Shown here in pieces: positions 9,619-17,449 of a DNA stretch of 64,000 bases. This stretch comes from a virus. Under the pieces are notes generated by a model. It worked only from the letters and a program-made list of their open reading frames with translations. It ran no database searches and had not been told where the DNA came from. The stretch lies in the IMG/VR virus record IMGVR_UViG_3300043446_002688. One strand, written 5' to 3'. Within the stretch, counting starts at the first letter, position 1. The number at the start of each line of letters is the position of its first letter. The translations under genes and the position numbers were made by a program.

Positions 9619-10114
9619 AATGGATTATGATTATGACCGTTACTGTGAAATCGTGCAAGCCTTTATGGAGGCTGCCTGGATTGACCGTGACGAACTTGTG
9701 AGAGGCGAAGATATCTCAGACATGCCTGAAGTGAAGATTATGTTTGAGAGTTATGCAGACCTTGAGGACGAAGATGAAAATGGTGAATACCGTTACACCG
9801 AAAACGGTAACAAAAACATGGAGTGTTATGCCGTCTTTATCCACAAGGATGCTTTGACCGAAGATTTTGTATTCCCTGAACATGAAGTGTACCAGTTCAC
9901 CTTTGGTGGTATGATTGCACACCGACCAAAAGAAGAAGTTTGCCTCTATGTTTGGTATGATGTGGTTGACGATTCGTGGGAAGTCTTGCAACTGGAAGAC
10001 CGTATTGATTCCGATAACGCCATGAATGAAGAAGATGTGATGACCATCCTAGAAGGTCTATACAAAAGATACTTCACACCATTGGTTGACCTAAAACCAG
10101 GAACACCAATATGA
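9605..10114 (+). CDS. Acidic hypothetical protein
   Basis: Operon-packed ORF; start may be a few codons downstream (MDYDY). Confidence 0.7.
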   Translation: MKDCKMDYDYDRYCEIVQAFMEAAWIDRDELVRGEDISDMPEVKIMFESYADLEDEDENGEYRYTENGNKNMECYAVFIHKDALTEDFVFPEHEVYQFTFGGMIAHRPKEEVCLYVWYDVVDDSWEVLQLEDRIDSDNAMNEEDVMTILEGLYKRYFTPLVDLKPGTPI

Positions 10115-10251
10115 CAGACCAAGAAGCCCTACAACATTATGAGAAAATGGTAGAAATCTATGGTGACCTTGTTCCACATCCGGAACACGAACCAGTCAGA
10201 TTTGCCTACTATGTGAAACTATACAGGACTTATCATGTTCAAACTAATTGA
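10111..10251 (+). CDS. Small hypothetical protein, 46 aa
   Basis: Read by hand; ATGA overlap with the upstream stop. Confidence 0.55.
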   Translation: MTDQEALQHYEKMVEIYGDLVPHPEHEPVRFAYYVKLYRTYHVQTN

Positions 10252-10402
10252 CTTTATCGTTTATGGCTGCTGGCACCGCTGGAAGATTCTACACCAAGTT
10301 AACGTAAGAGATACAGATAACCAACAAGGTTTACCAATTGGTTACGCATATATTTGCCAATGTGAAAGATGCGGCCAACCAAAAAGATTCAACATGTATT
10401 AA
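10235..10402 (+). CDS. Small Cys/His-rich hypothetical protein, 55 aa
   Basis: MFKLIDFIVYGCWHRWK...CQCERCG. Confidence 0.55.
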   Translation: MFKLIDFIVYGCWHRWKILHQVNVRDTDNQQGLPIGYAYICQCERCGQPKRFNMY

Positions 10403-10439
10403 CTCAAGCGCCTCCGGCGGTTTTCCAAGGATACCAAAA

Positions 10440-10649
10440 ATGGACCAATTAACCCAAGAAATTTATACCCAACTTTTAGAACTACACGCAAATGACCTAG
10501 AGGTCGAGAACACCGGCCTACAACTTCAAGTGACCGCTCTACAAATCACAGTCGGTAAATACCCAGTGGTTCAACCACAACCCCTAACTTGGCCGCACCA
10601 GTACCCTGTCTGGACCGTAACTTCTACCGAAACAACGACCGTATCATAA
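10440..10649 (+). CDS. Hypothetical protein (MDQLTQEIY...)
   Basis: Likely start inside the listed 10338 ORF. Confidence 0.5.
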   Translation: MDQLTQEIYTQLLELHANDLEVENTGLQLQVTALQITVGKYPVVQPQPLTWPHQYPVWTVTSTETTTVS

Positions 10650-10801
10650 ATGGGTGCGTTTAATTTTGTGTGGGACTTGCACCAGTCCGGTCAGATATCT
10701 GACATGGAAGACCGAGTGGAAGACTTAGAGAAAAAGGTAGAGATCCTCAAGGAATGGGTAGACTACTTACAGAAACAATTGGAAGAAAAGAATGAACATT
10801 A
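10649..10801 (+). CDS. Small coiled-coil protein, 50 aa
   Basis: MGAFNFVWDLHQSGQISDMEDRVEDLEKKV...; TAA/ATG overlap. Confidence 0.55.
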
Positions 10802-11367
10802 AAGACTTTAGGATGAACCCATATGAACCAGACCACTGGAGAAATATTTGCATCCAAGTATCCACTATTGCAAGTAATGTTCTTCCACATTTAAACCGTA
10901 AGAAGATAAAATCTGAAGTTATTTCAAACCTCTTTGAATCCGTTTCTGCAAATTATTTTAACTCCATCGGAATAGAAACTGTATTGGCCAAGACCGACAG
11001 AGACCCAGATTTACTGTTTACCTCAGGTCCATGCGAAATCAAAGTTACAGGTGTAGATTCTACCTCTGTAAAATCTTGCAAGTGGATGGGCGGTAAATAC
11101 AGTAAACGAACCTCTGAGTATGTCTTTGTCATGTGGTACCATCAAGAACCAATAGAAACTCTTTTTGGTCCAGTTGGTGATTCTCTGCATTTCTCTGTGT
11201 ATAACTGTCATGTGGATGAAAATGAGTGGTCTACCGTAGATAACGGAAATGAAAACTATTATGCCACAGTATTTGAAAGTGGTAACCTATTAGAGAAACC
11301 ACATAAATGTCTGGTTGGCTCGAGGGCTGGAGAAAAATTCCTCCTAGAAAAAATTTTTGAATATTGA
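10792..11367 (+). CDS. PD-(D/E)xK restriction-endonuclease-like protein
   Basis: DPDLLFTSGPCEIKVT = PD...EIK motif. Confidence 0.55.
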   Translation: MNIKDFRMNPYEPDHWRNICIQVSTIASNVLPHLNRKKIKSEVISNLFESVSANYFNSIGIETVLAKTDRDPDLLFTSGPCEIKVTGVDSTSVKSCKWMGGKYSKRTSEYVFVMWYHQEPIETLFGPVGDSLHFSVYNCHVDENEWSTVDNGNENYYATVFESGNLLEKPHKCLVGSRAGEKFLLEKIFEY

Positions 11368-11496
11368 AGGGGAGCCCCGAAAAATAAAAAATGGGAAAAA
11401 AGAGTTTGACCTGGAGGCACGTTTTTTATTATCGTTAACGCCCCCACCCCATCGGCCCGCCATCGGCCCCATACTGCTCACCGCACTGCTACCAGC

Positions 11497-11528
11497 AAAA
11501 AAAGGGGACCAGCACCAGACTGGTCCCC
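11497..11528 (-). terminator. Rho-independent terminator of the inverted cassette
   Basis: Minus strand GGGGACCAG-loop-CTGGTCCCC followed by T7. Confidence 0.85.
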
Positions 11529-11553
11529 AAAGCGACAGCCATCCAGCCGTGCC

Positions 11554-12213
11554 TCAAGCTGTCGCTGCAGCAATACGAATAACCTTGGCCATTTTCTTAC
11601 CGTGGGCCTGATAACCGATAACCGCCACGGTTTTGTCATAGCAAGCACGGCAGTCCAAGCATTTTCCATCCTGCTCTGGGGCGGCGCACAATGTAACACC
11701 TGCTGGCACTGGTGCACCTGCTGGCACAATGGTACTACCATGGCCTGCACCAAAGGTACCATCCACAGCGTCACTGCTATAGCGGACCATTACATTAGGC
11801 AGTGCTTGCATGGCATTGAGCACGTTATGGAATTTAGGGAATTTATACATGCGGGTGGGTAACCAGTGCTTTACATGGGGAGTAGCTGCCATGATGGCGA
11901 GCATTTTCTCTGCCAATGCGAGGCTATACACGTCGCCAGAATCAAACCAACGGAAGTGGGTTTGCTTTTGTAAAGCTTTGACCATCACCTGGATCCAGTC
12001 AGCTTCTTGCCATGCCTTTTTATTGTCAGCACGGACCTTTTTTGTATCGGGGAAATTGTAGCAACCAGTGGTAGCGTAGCAACCAGAGCAAGCAGCGACC
12101 AGCTCACCATTTTCACCAACCGAACCGGGACAGGTTTCAATAGCTTGGAGGGACCATGAAAGGGTACCAAGCTTGCTGGTTTTGGAAATTTTGTTTATTG
12201 TCGCTGCTGTCAT
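11554..12213 (-). CDS. Gp88-family Cys-rich protein (radical-SAM-like)
   Basis: TCPGS...ACSGCYA, FRWFDSGD, HWLPTR, NVMVRYS, GKCLDCRAC. Confidence 0.75.
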   Translation of the reverse strand: MTAATINKISKTSKLGTLSWSLQAIETCPGSVGENGELVAACSGCYATTGCYNFPDTKKVRADNKKAWQEADWIQVMVKALQKQTHFRWFDSGDVYSLALAEKMLAIMAATPHVKHWLPTRMYKFPKFHNVLNAMQALPNVMVRYSSDAVDGTFGAGHGSTIVPAGAPVPAGVTLCAAPEQDGKCLDCRACYDKTVAVIGYQAHGKKMAKVIRIAAATA

Positions 12214-12244
12214 TGCTATTCCTTTTTGATTTACTATGGAATGA

Positions 12245-12289
12245 ATTATACCAGAATTCCTGAAAATGGCAACCTAATACTTTTTTATT
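12245..12289 (-). promoter_or_regulatory. Early promoter TTGCCA-N16-TATAAT with upstream AATA-dyad box
   Basis: Minus strand AATAAAAAAGTATT-AGG-TTGCCA-N16-TATAAT. Confidence 0.8.
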
Positions 12290-12305
12290 CCATCCGACCG
12301 GTGGG

Positions 12306-12401
12306 TTACATTGCTCTCCACACGGTTACATCCAACACCAACACCACCACAGCGGCAACCATCACCACCGAGAAAACCACGGATTCTAATTTTGCGAGCA
12401 T
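12306..12401 (-). CDS. Small hydrophobic peptide, 31 aa (MLAKLESVVFSVVMVAAVVVLVLDVTVWRAM)
   Basis: AAAGGAAG RBS; single TM helix. Confidence 0.55.
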   Translation of the reverse strand: MLAKLESVVFSVVMVAAVVVLVLDVTVWRAM

Positions 12402-12417
12402 TTTACTTCCTTTCGGA

Positions 12418-12639
12418 TCAATAGGACTGGTGGGAATGGCCGATAGCATATGCAACGGCATCGGCGGCAGCACAATCCTCGCCAGAAGCGTCCACTGGAC
12501 GAGGGGTGAAAATTGCAGCAAAGTCATCATAGCAATAATAACCAGAATGGGTTACCACCAAGCGAGCATCAGCAGGCAGGCGGGACAATGCGGCAATCAT
12601 ATCAGCCACGGAAATAGAGTCATCGGATGGTGAAAACAT
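12418..12639 (-). CDS. Hypothetical early protein
   Basis: Own promoter and AAAAGGACAGCAAAATG leader. Confidence 0.7.
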   Translation of the reverse strand: MFSPSDDSISVADMIAALSRLPADARLVVTHSGYYCYDDFAAIFTPRPVDASGEDCAAADAVAYAIGHSHQSY

Positions 12640-12672
12640 TTTGCTGTCCTTTTGTTTGTTTGTATGGAATGA

Positions 12673-12700
12673 ATTATACCAGAACCAGAAGGAATGGCAA
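12673..12700 (-). promoter_or_regulatory. Early promoter TTGCCA-N16-TATAAT
   Basis: Near-duplicate of the 12245 promoter, including downstream TCATTCCATA. Confidence 0.8.
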
Positions 12701-12724
12701 CCTATTGTCCATCCATCCGGTGGG

Positions 12725-13063
12725 TTATTTTACAGCGCTTGCCTTTTTTGCCATAATAGCAGAGGCTATGGCGTTATCTTCGGCGCCGTACACCACAGCT
12801 TTGCTTGGCTTACGGTTTGCTTTCAGAGCTTTCACACCTACAGGCGCTGCTTGCTTTGCGAGCAGTTTATCCAATCGGGCTTGTGCCTTAGCGATAGCAG
12901 CAGCCTGCTTACTGGCCTTGGCTTCTGCTTTCGCAGCCTTGGCGTTTTCACGTTCTTGCTTTACACCAGCAGCAAGGCGTTGAACCTCGAGCTTTGCATT
13001 GGCAAGATTAATACGGGCTTGCTTGAGAGCAGTAACCAACATGGAGGGAGCTTTTGCTGACAT
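12725..13063 (-). CDS. Ala/Lys-rich basic protein (histone H1-like composition)
   Basis: MSAKAPSMLV...AKAAKAEAKASKQAAAIAKAQ; AAAGGA RBS. Confidence 0.75.
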   Translation of the reverse strand: MSAKAPSMLVTALKQARINLANAKLEVQRLAAGVKQERENAKAAKAEAKASKQAAAIAKAQARLDKLLAKQAAPVGVKALKANRKPSKAVVYGAEDNAIASAIMAKKASAVK

Positions 13064-13094
13064 TTTTTGTCCTTTCAAATTCAACATGGGATGG

Positions 13095-13123
13095 ATTCTA
13101 ACCTAAAATTGCCGTTTTGGCAA
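13095..13123 (-). promoter_or_regulatory. Early promoter TTGCCA-N17-TAGAAT
   Basis: Read on the minus strand upstream of 13063. Confidence 0.7.
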
Positions 13124-13139
13124 CTGTAAACTTTTTTCT

Positions 13140-13418
13140 TCAAGCAGTCCGGTCGTGTATTTTGTGCACCTTACTAGCATTTTCAGCCAGCAGCCTATCA
13201 TCCATGAGCTTGCTCAGGATATATTTTGCAATATTAATATGCTGGCGTGCTTGGTTCTGGGTTTGCGCTGTGTTGCAGCTCATCAGCTCTTGAGCATCCG
13301 ACAGCACGCTCATAGCGACCATTTCCAGACCGGACAAGCGAGCGGTCAAGCTCTGGCAATATTCCTGCTCGATTGTCGCTTGGCTGATACCGTAGCACTG
13401 CTTTTCAAATTCCGTCAT
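13140..13418 (-). CDS. Hypothetical early protein (MTEFEKQCYG...)
   Basis: Same AAAAGGACAGCAAAATG leader as the 12639 gene. Confidence 0.7.
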   Translation of the reverse strand: MTEFEKQCYGISQATIEQEYCQSLTARLSGLEMVAMSVLSDAQELMSCNTAQTQNQARQHINIAKYILSKLMDDRLLAENASKVHKIHDRTA

Positions 13419-13448
13419 TTTGCTGTCCTTTTCAAATTTCATGGATGA

Positions 13449-13477
13449 ATTATAGGCGATTTTGCAGGTTTTGGCAA
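13449..13477 (-). promoter_or_regulatory. Early promoter TTGCCA-N17-TATAAT
   Basis: Minus strand; shares the upstream AAGAAAAAAGTTTACA with the 13095 promoter. Confidence 0.8.
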
Positions 13478-13526
13478 GTGTAAACTTTTTTCTTCCAGCG
13501 GACAATATGAGAACCATTGCGCTATA

Positions 13527-13554
13527 TTGCCAAGGGTTCTGGTTTGTGTATAAT
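13527..13554 (+). promoter_or_regulatory. Promoter TTGCCA-N16-TATAAT firing into a non-coding region
   Basis: Exact hexamers; no RBS-supported ORF downstream. Confidence 0.7.
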
Positions 13555-13811
13555 CCAACCCATAGCAATCGGTAGCCGGAGCTCTAATCCGACCCTGCCT
13601 GATGGTTATCGGTCGCCGCCGGATTAATACTTTTGTTTGCAGGATCACACTGGGGCTGCATACTTTTGTTTCTCGGCTGGACCATCGAGCGTCATTTTGT
13701 TTTCAACCTGCGTGGTTTTTGTATACTTTGGCATTAATCCGGCATCTGACCCAGAGACTAAGTTGGACTAATACCAAAGCATTAGCGATAGTTTGCGACT
13801 ATTGGTGCGAC

Positions 13812-13890
13812 TTATCCACAGCATACCCACAAGGGTCAAAAGTTATTCACATTTTATCTACAAAGTAAAGTTATCCACAGCATATCCACA
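13812..13890 (+). repeat. Cluster of six co-oriented DnaA-box-like 9-mers (putative origin or DnaA-binding locus)
   Basis: TTATCCACA 13812 and 13871, TTATTCACA 13843, TTATCTACA 13854, ATATCCACA 13882, ATACCCACA 13823. Confidence 0.8.
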
Positions 13891-13914
13891 GCGAATAGTT
13901 GACCAAAATGCTTG

Positions 13915-13960
13915 AATACTATGGTACTAGGTTGCCAAAATGCGTTTTTCCCAGTATAAT
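13915..13960 (+). promoter_or_regulatory. Early promoter TTGCCA-N17-TATAAT with AATAC-N4-GTACT box
   Basis: Box 13915-13928, -35 13932-13937, -10 13955-13960. Confidence 0.8.
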
Positions 13961-14045
13961 TCCACGCATGATGAGCACAAAAGCACGAAGTGCAAAAACA
14001 ATGAATATTGGAAATGAATACTTTTTTATTCCATTACAATGATGG

Positions 14046-14090
14046 ATTACTTTTGTATTATATTGCCATTTTTCGGTTTTTGTGTATAAT
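14046..14090 (+). promoter_or_regulatory. Early promoter TTGCCA-N16-TATAAT with ATTAC-N4-GTATT box
   Basis: Box 14046-14059, -35 14063, -10 14085. Confidence 0.8.
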
Positions 14091-14113
14091 GTAATTTTTT
14101 AACGCAGCAGATT

Positions 14114-14281
14114 ATGACACAGCAGAAAATGTATACTTTGGTATTCACTGAGGCAGAATTAGAATTAATTTATGACCAGCTGAATATTGTAGAACTTTAT
14201 GATGATTCTGATGAAAACTTAGAACTTTGTATTTCAATTAATGAAAAAGTATTCAAGGCGAAAGAAAATGAAACAATTTGA
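14114..14281 (+). CDS. Small acidic hypothetical protein, 55 aa
   Basis: Read by hand: MTQQKMYTLVFTEAELELIYDQL... Confidence 0.55.
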   Translation: MTQQKMYTLVFTEAELELIYDQLNIVELYDDSDENLELCISINEKVFKAKENETI

Positions 14282-14462
14282 ATTAATTTTTGACGGTGTA
14301 AGTATTGAGTATACAGGATATTTCAAAAGTGAGAAGGATTGTATTACATACACACGAAAGCGTTACAAAACCCATGCGGATGTAATGAAAATTCGTGCAG
14401 TTTACCCAAAACTGGAAAATGTATACTATTCGGTTAAAACAGGAAAGGTTGTGGCAGAATGA
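14268..14462 (+). CDS. Hypothetical protein (MKQFELIFDG...)
   Basis: Likely start inside the listed 14241 ORF. Confidence 0.6.
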   Translation: MKQFELIFDGVSIEYTGYFKSEKDCITYTRKRYKTHADVMKIRAVYPKLENVYYSVKTGKVVAE

Positions 14463-14587
14463 TAACTTTGGTATTACATTGTGATGGATATGATGAAAAA
14501 GTAGTATTCCGAGAGGATCAAATGGATCAATTCGTATACACTTTATTGGTTTGTAATAAAAATGGTAACACTTTTGAATTGGAGTAA
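14459..14587 (+). CDS. Small hypothetical protein, 42 aa
   Basis: ATGA overlap; MITLVLHCDGYDEKVV... Confidence 0.5.
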   Translation: MITLVLHCDGYDEKVVFREDQMDQFVYTLLVCNKNGNTFELE

Positions 14588-14592
14588 GTAAA

Positions 14593-14793
14593 ATGTCTAA
14601 AATGTCAGAAATTAGTATGATTCTGGGTGAATATGAGGAAAACCTGCACGCCTACGGGCACGCCGATCCGATTGTCGTTGCAATGAAACGAGAACTTTTG
14701 TCTTACGGCATTCAGGATGTGAATGATTTGGTTCGTGGTATTGATGACGAATTTGATACTTTGGTTTTCAACGGTCAGATGGATTTATTCTGA
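14593..14793 (+). CDS. Hypothetical protein
   Basis: GGAG RBS. Confidence 0.7.
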   Translation: MSKMSEISMILGEYEENLHAYGHADPIVVAMKRELLSYGIQDVNDLVRGIDDEFDTLVFNGQMDLF

Positions 14794-14820
14794 GGTAATA
14801 AGATAGTATACACTAACCTG

Positions 14821-14895
14821 TATACTTTAGTATTCTAGCGAGGTACTGGAGTATTAAAGTATTCAGGTTGACAATGAGGTGAAAACCTGTATAAT
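14821..14895 (+). promoter_or_regulatory. Early promoter TTGACA-N16-TATAAT with stacked dyad boxes
   Basis: TATAC-TTTA-GTATT 14821, GTATTAAAGTATT 14851, TTGACA 14868, TATAAT 14890. Confidence 0.8.
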
Positions 14896-14922
14896 TGGCA
14901 ACATATTTTGATGAGGTAAAAA

Positions 14923-15183
14923 ATGCGAAATTCAGACATTATGGAAATGGTTGATGAGTTGTTGGATATGGAAGGTGATGTGGTTATCGGTAACCTGACA
15001 TTTTCACGCTCTTACATTGTCAAGAGGTTAGATCCTATCGCTTATCGTGAGATTTGCAACGATGTGGTTTCTTCTCAAATTGAGGACTTGCAGTATGACT
15101 TAGACCGTTTGGATCCTGAGGTAGATGCGGATGAAATTGCAGATATCAAGGAACGCATTGAAGATTTGGAAGGTGCATTTTAA
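14923..15183 (+). CDS. Hypothetical acidic early protein
   Basis: GAGGT RBS after promoter. Confidence 0.75.
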   Translation: MRNSDIMEMVDELLDMEGDVVIGNLTFSRSYIVKRLDPIAYREICNDVVSSQIEDLQYDLDRLDPEVDADEIADIKERIEDLEGAF

Positions 15184-15365
15184 TGGATAAGATTACCAAA
15201 GATAAATTGGTGCAAAAGTTGGAATATGCTCAGATGATATTGGCTGAGGTATACGATTATGCCTGCCAAAATGATTTGGATGAGGTAGAGCGTTTGATGT
15301 CATTCGCCGATACCTGCATTTATGACGCTTTGGATGAAATTGAGGTAAAAAATGGGTTGGAATAA
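15183..15365 (+). CDS. Hypothetical protein
   Basis: TAATG coupling. Confidence 0.7.
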   Translation: MDKITKDKLVQKLEYAQMILAEVYDYACQNDLDEVERLMSFADTCIYDALDEIEVKNGLE

Positions 15366-15576
15366 AGATGGACACACGGTCAAGGGTTTATATTTGAAAG
15401 AATATCCCGTGGTTGGTGTTGTGAAAGAATCCCGAGTGAGGTACGGTGGCGAGGTATCTTATTGGTTACAATTGGATGAACCATTGTATTTGTTCAATAC
15501 ATTCCGTGATACGGTGTCATTGAGCGAAGATGAATTGACCCACGATTTTGGAGTATGTGATGCAGAATTATCTTGA
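15352..15576 (+). CDS. Hypothetical protein
   Basis: GAGGT RBS. Confidence 0.7.
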   Translation: MGWNKDGHTVKGLYLKEYPVVGVVKESRVRYGGEVSYWLQLDEPLYLFNTFRDTVSLSEDELTHDFGVCDAELS

Positions 15577-15880
15577 TAAAATTGTGACCAGTGGCATGGG
15601 TCTTTGGTCGGATAAAATCAAAGAGGTAAAAACTATTGGTTATTCCGTTCCATATACCAATCAGCACAATGATTTTGGTGAGTTGCGGGTTTATTTTGAC
15701 ACAGTGACATGGAATGTGGAATCTGATGGCTTGATTTACACCGACCCAGCATTCTTGGAATCTGTCCGTGTTGCATTTGGTGCCAGTGACATTCATTATT
15801 CTGAGCAAGGTATGCAAGGTGATGATTTTGTGTCGTTTGATGTTGGTCCTGGTTTTTTGAATATGTATGAAGGCGCATAA
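15560..15880 (+). CDS. Conserved phage hypothetical protein
   Basis: DGLIYTDPAFL...YSEQGMQGDDFVSFDV; GGAG RBS. Confidence 0.7.
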   Translation: MQNYLDKIVTSGMGLWSDKIKEVKTIGYSVPYTNQHNDFGELRVYFDTVTWNVESDGLIYTDPAFLESVRVAFGASDIHYSEQGMQGDDFVSFDVGPGFLNMYEGA

Positions 15881-15883
15881 TAA

Positions 15884-16075
15884 ATGAAGCGAGGTAAGTT
15901 TTCCGTTGATACCATTGAGGTAGAAGTCCAGCATTTTCTTGAGGTAACAAAATCCTCTGATGATGCAGGTGAGTACCTACTATCACAATTGGTGTATATT
16001 GTAGGTGAACTGCCAAAAAAGAAGCAGGTAGAATTTTTGAATGGTTTAATTAATGCAAAACAGGAGTTAATATAA
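15884..16075 (+). CDS. Hypothetical protein
   Basis: Operon-packed ORF. Confidence 0.6.
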   Translation: MKRGKFSVDTIEVEVQHFLEVTKSSDDAGEYLLSQLVYIVGELPKKKQVEFLNGLINAKQELI

Positions 16076-16263
16076 TGGAAAATGTGAATACAACTTTTTG
16101 GGATATGATGCTGTTTGAATTGTCAGGCAATAAATTCAATAATTATGGTTTGAATGTATTGGCTCAAACCCAGTGCGGTAAGGTATTGAGTGCAACCGAG
16201 CACACCTTGCTTACCAATCGTTTGTATACCCCGACCGTGATGGAGCGATTTGCGGCAAAATAA
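16075..16263 (+). CDS. Hypothetical protein
   Basis: GGAG RBS, TAATG coupling. Confidence 0.65.
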   Translation: MENVNTTFWDMMLFELSGNKFNNYGLNVLAQTQCGKVLSATEHTLLTNRLYTPTVMERFAAK

Positions 16264-16283
16264 TACTTGACCGGATTGGTTGT

Positions 16284-16328
16284 AATACTTTGGTATTAGG
16301 TTGCCAAAACCTAGGAATCGTGTATAAT
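16284..16328 (+). promoter_or_regulatory. Early promoter with perfect AATAC-TTTG-GTATT box
   Basis: Box 16284-16297, AGG, TTGCCA 16301, N16, TATAAT 16323. Confidence 0.85.
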
Positions 16329-16350
16329 AGATGTTTTGATTGGAGATATT

Positions 16351-16866
16351 ATGGAATTTGTGACTTCTGGTAACCCTACGGCATCGGCATTGTATTTGGT
16401 CGACCGTGACAAGCAAGGCAAGGCATATCGTTGGTACAATGCAGAAACCGACCAATGGGGTATGTGTGGTATTGATATGAATGATGCCTTAGACAATAAA
16501 GACAAAACCGCCGTTGGTTTCTTCCCATGGTGCGGTCCATTGACTGGTCCTAAGTTTAACGCTAAATCACCTGTGTTTGTGGTGAGTGATGAGGTGCCAG
16601 TTAAGGCAAAGGCTGCGAGCAAGAAAATGGCAAAACAGCGAGGTGCTGCTAAGTTAGTTGTCACACAGGTTGGCAACACCAAGGTTGGTTCTATTGTCAG
16701 AGGTGACAAAACCGTGCATCCTGATGGCACCGTGTTCTATCGTGCCGACCGTAATAAGTGGATTGCTATGTGGAATGGCAAGCAAGAAGCTGCCCGTCCT
16801 ACACCTGAAGCCTGCTTGGCATTCTTGAAGAAGAAATACAACCACGATGGGATTGTTTTGAAATGA
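16351..16866 (+). CDS. Hypothetical early protein with an AP2-like C-terminal segment
   Basis: GGAG RBS; VFYRADRNKWIAMWNGK. Confidence 0.7.
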   Translation: MEFVTSGNPTASALYLVDRDKQGKAYRWYNAETDQWGMCGIDMNDALDNKDKTAVGFFPWCGPLTGPKFNAKSPVFVVSDEVPVKAKAASKKMAKQRGAAKLVVTQVGNTKVGSIVRGDKTVHPDGTVFYRADRNKWIAMWNGKQEAARPTPEACLAFLKKKYNHDGIVLK

Positions 16867-17054
16867 AAATACACACCGTTGGATTATGTGATGATGATGC
16901 CGATGGTGTCATTAACTTTTCTTGGACAAAAAAACAAACTGGTATTAGTGTTCAATTAGAGGATATCTTTGGTAATGTGGTTGACGCCTCATTCTACAAA
17001 AAAGATTTGGTTAAAACCTTGAAACAATTATTGAACAAGTTGGAACAGGAGTAA
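16863..17054 (+). CDS. Hypothetical protein
   Basis: ATGA overlap. Confidence 0.65.
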   Translation: MKIHTVGLCDDDADGVINFSWTKKQTGISVQLEDIFGNVVDASFYKKDLVKTLKQLLNKLEQE

Positions 17055-17056
17055 AG

Positions 17057-17449
17057 ATGGGTTTAGATATGTTTGTTTGGCGGGTTGCTGCCAATGATGT
17101 GATTGATGACCTTACCATCCGTGGTGATGAAGATGGCCGTGAGCGTGATATTGAAGAATTGTGGTATTGGCGTAAGCACCATGACCTGCATGGTTGGATG
17201 GAGAAATTGTACCGCAACAAAGGCGGTACAGCACAAACATTTAATTGTGAAAAGGTTCGGTTGTATCCACATGATTTGGATGCCTTACAGTTTGACCTAT
17301 TGAATAATATGTTGCCCCAAACCACTGGTTTCTTCTTTGGTGATAATCCACCAGATAATGAATCGCTGAGCAATGATTTGAAATTCATTCAGGCGGCTCG
17401 TGATGCCATTGCTGCAGGCGATGCCGTTTATTATGATTCGTGGTGGTAA
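17057..17449 (+). CDS. Conserved phage protein (MGLDM...YWRKHHDLHGWM...YYDSWW)
   Basis: Motif pattern familiar from a widespread phage family; function unknown. Confidence 0.8.
   Translation: MGLDMFVWRVAANDVIDDLTIRGDEDGRERDIEELWYWRKHHDLHGWMEKLYRNKGGTAQTFNCEKVRLYPHDLDALQFDLLNNMLPQTTGFFFGDNPPDNESLSNDLKFIQAARDAIAAGDAVYYDSWW

Noticed and set aside
11357-11862. Plus-strand ORFs 11357 and 11602 in the GC-richer block
   Set aside because: They overlap the terminator and the antisense of the Gp88-like gene; promoters in this block fire on the minus strand
13439-13868. ORFs 13439 (-) and 13602 (+) in the hub
   Set aside because: No RBS; they cross promoters, inverted repeats and DnaA boxes
12200-14900. 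CRISPR mini-array
   Set aside because: The repeats are promoter, RBS and operator motifs without regular spacers; no cas genes (the 39986 nuclease is a common phage exonuclease)
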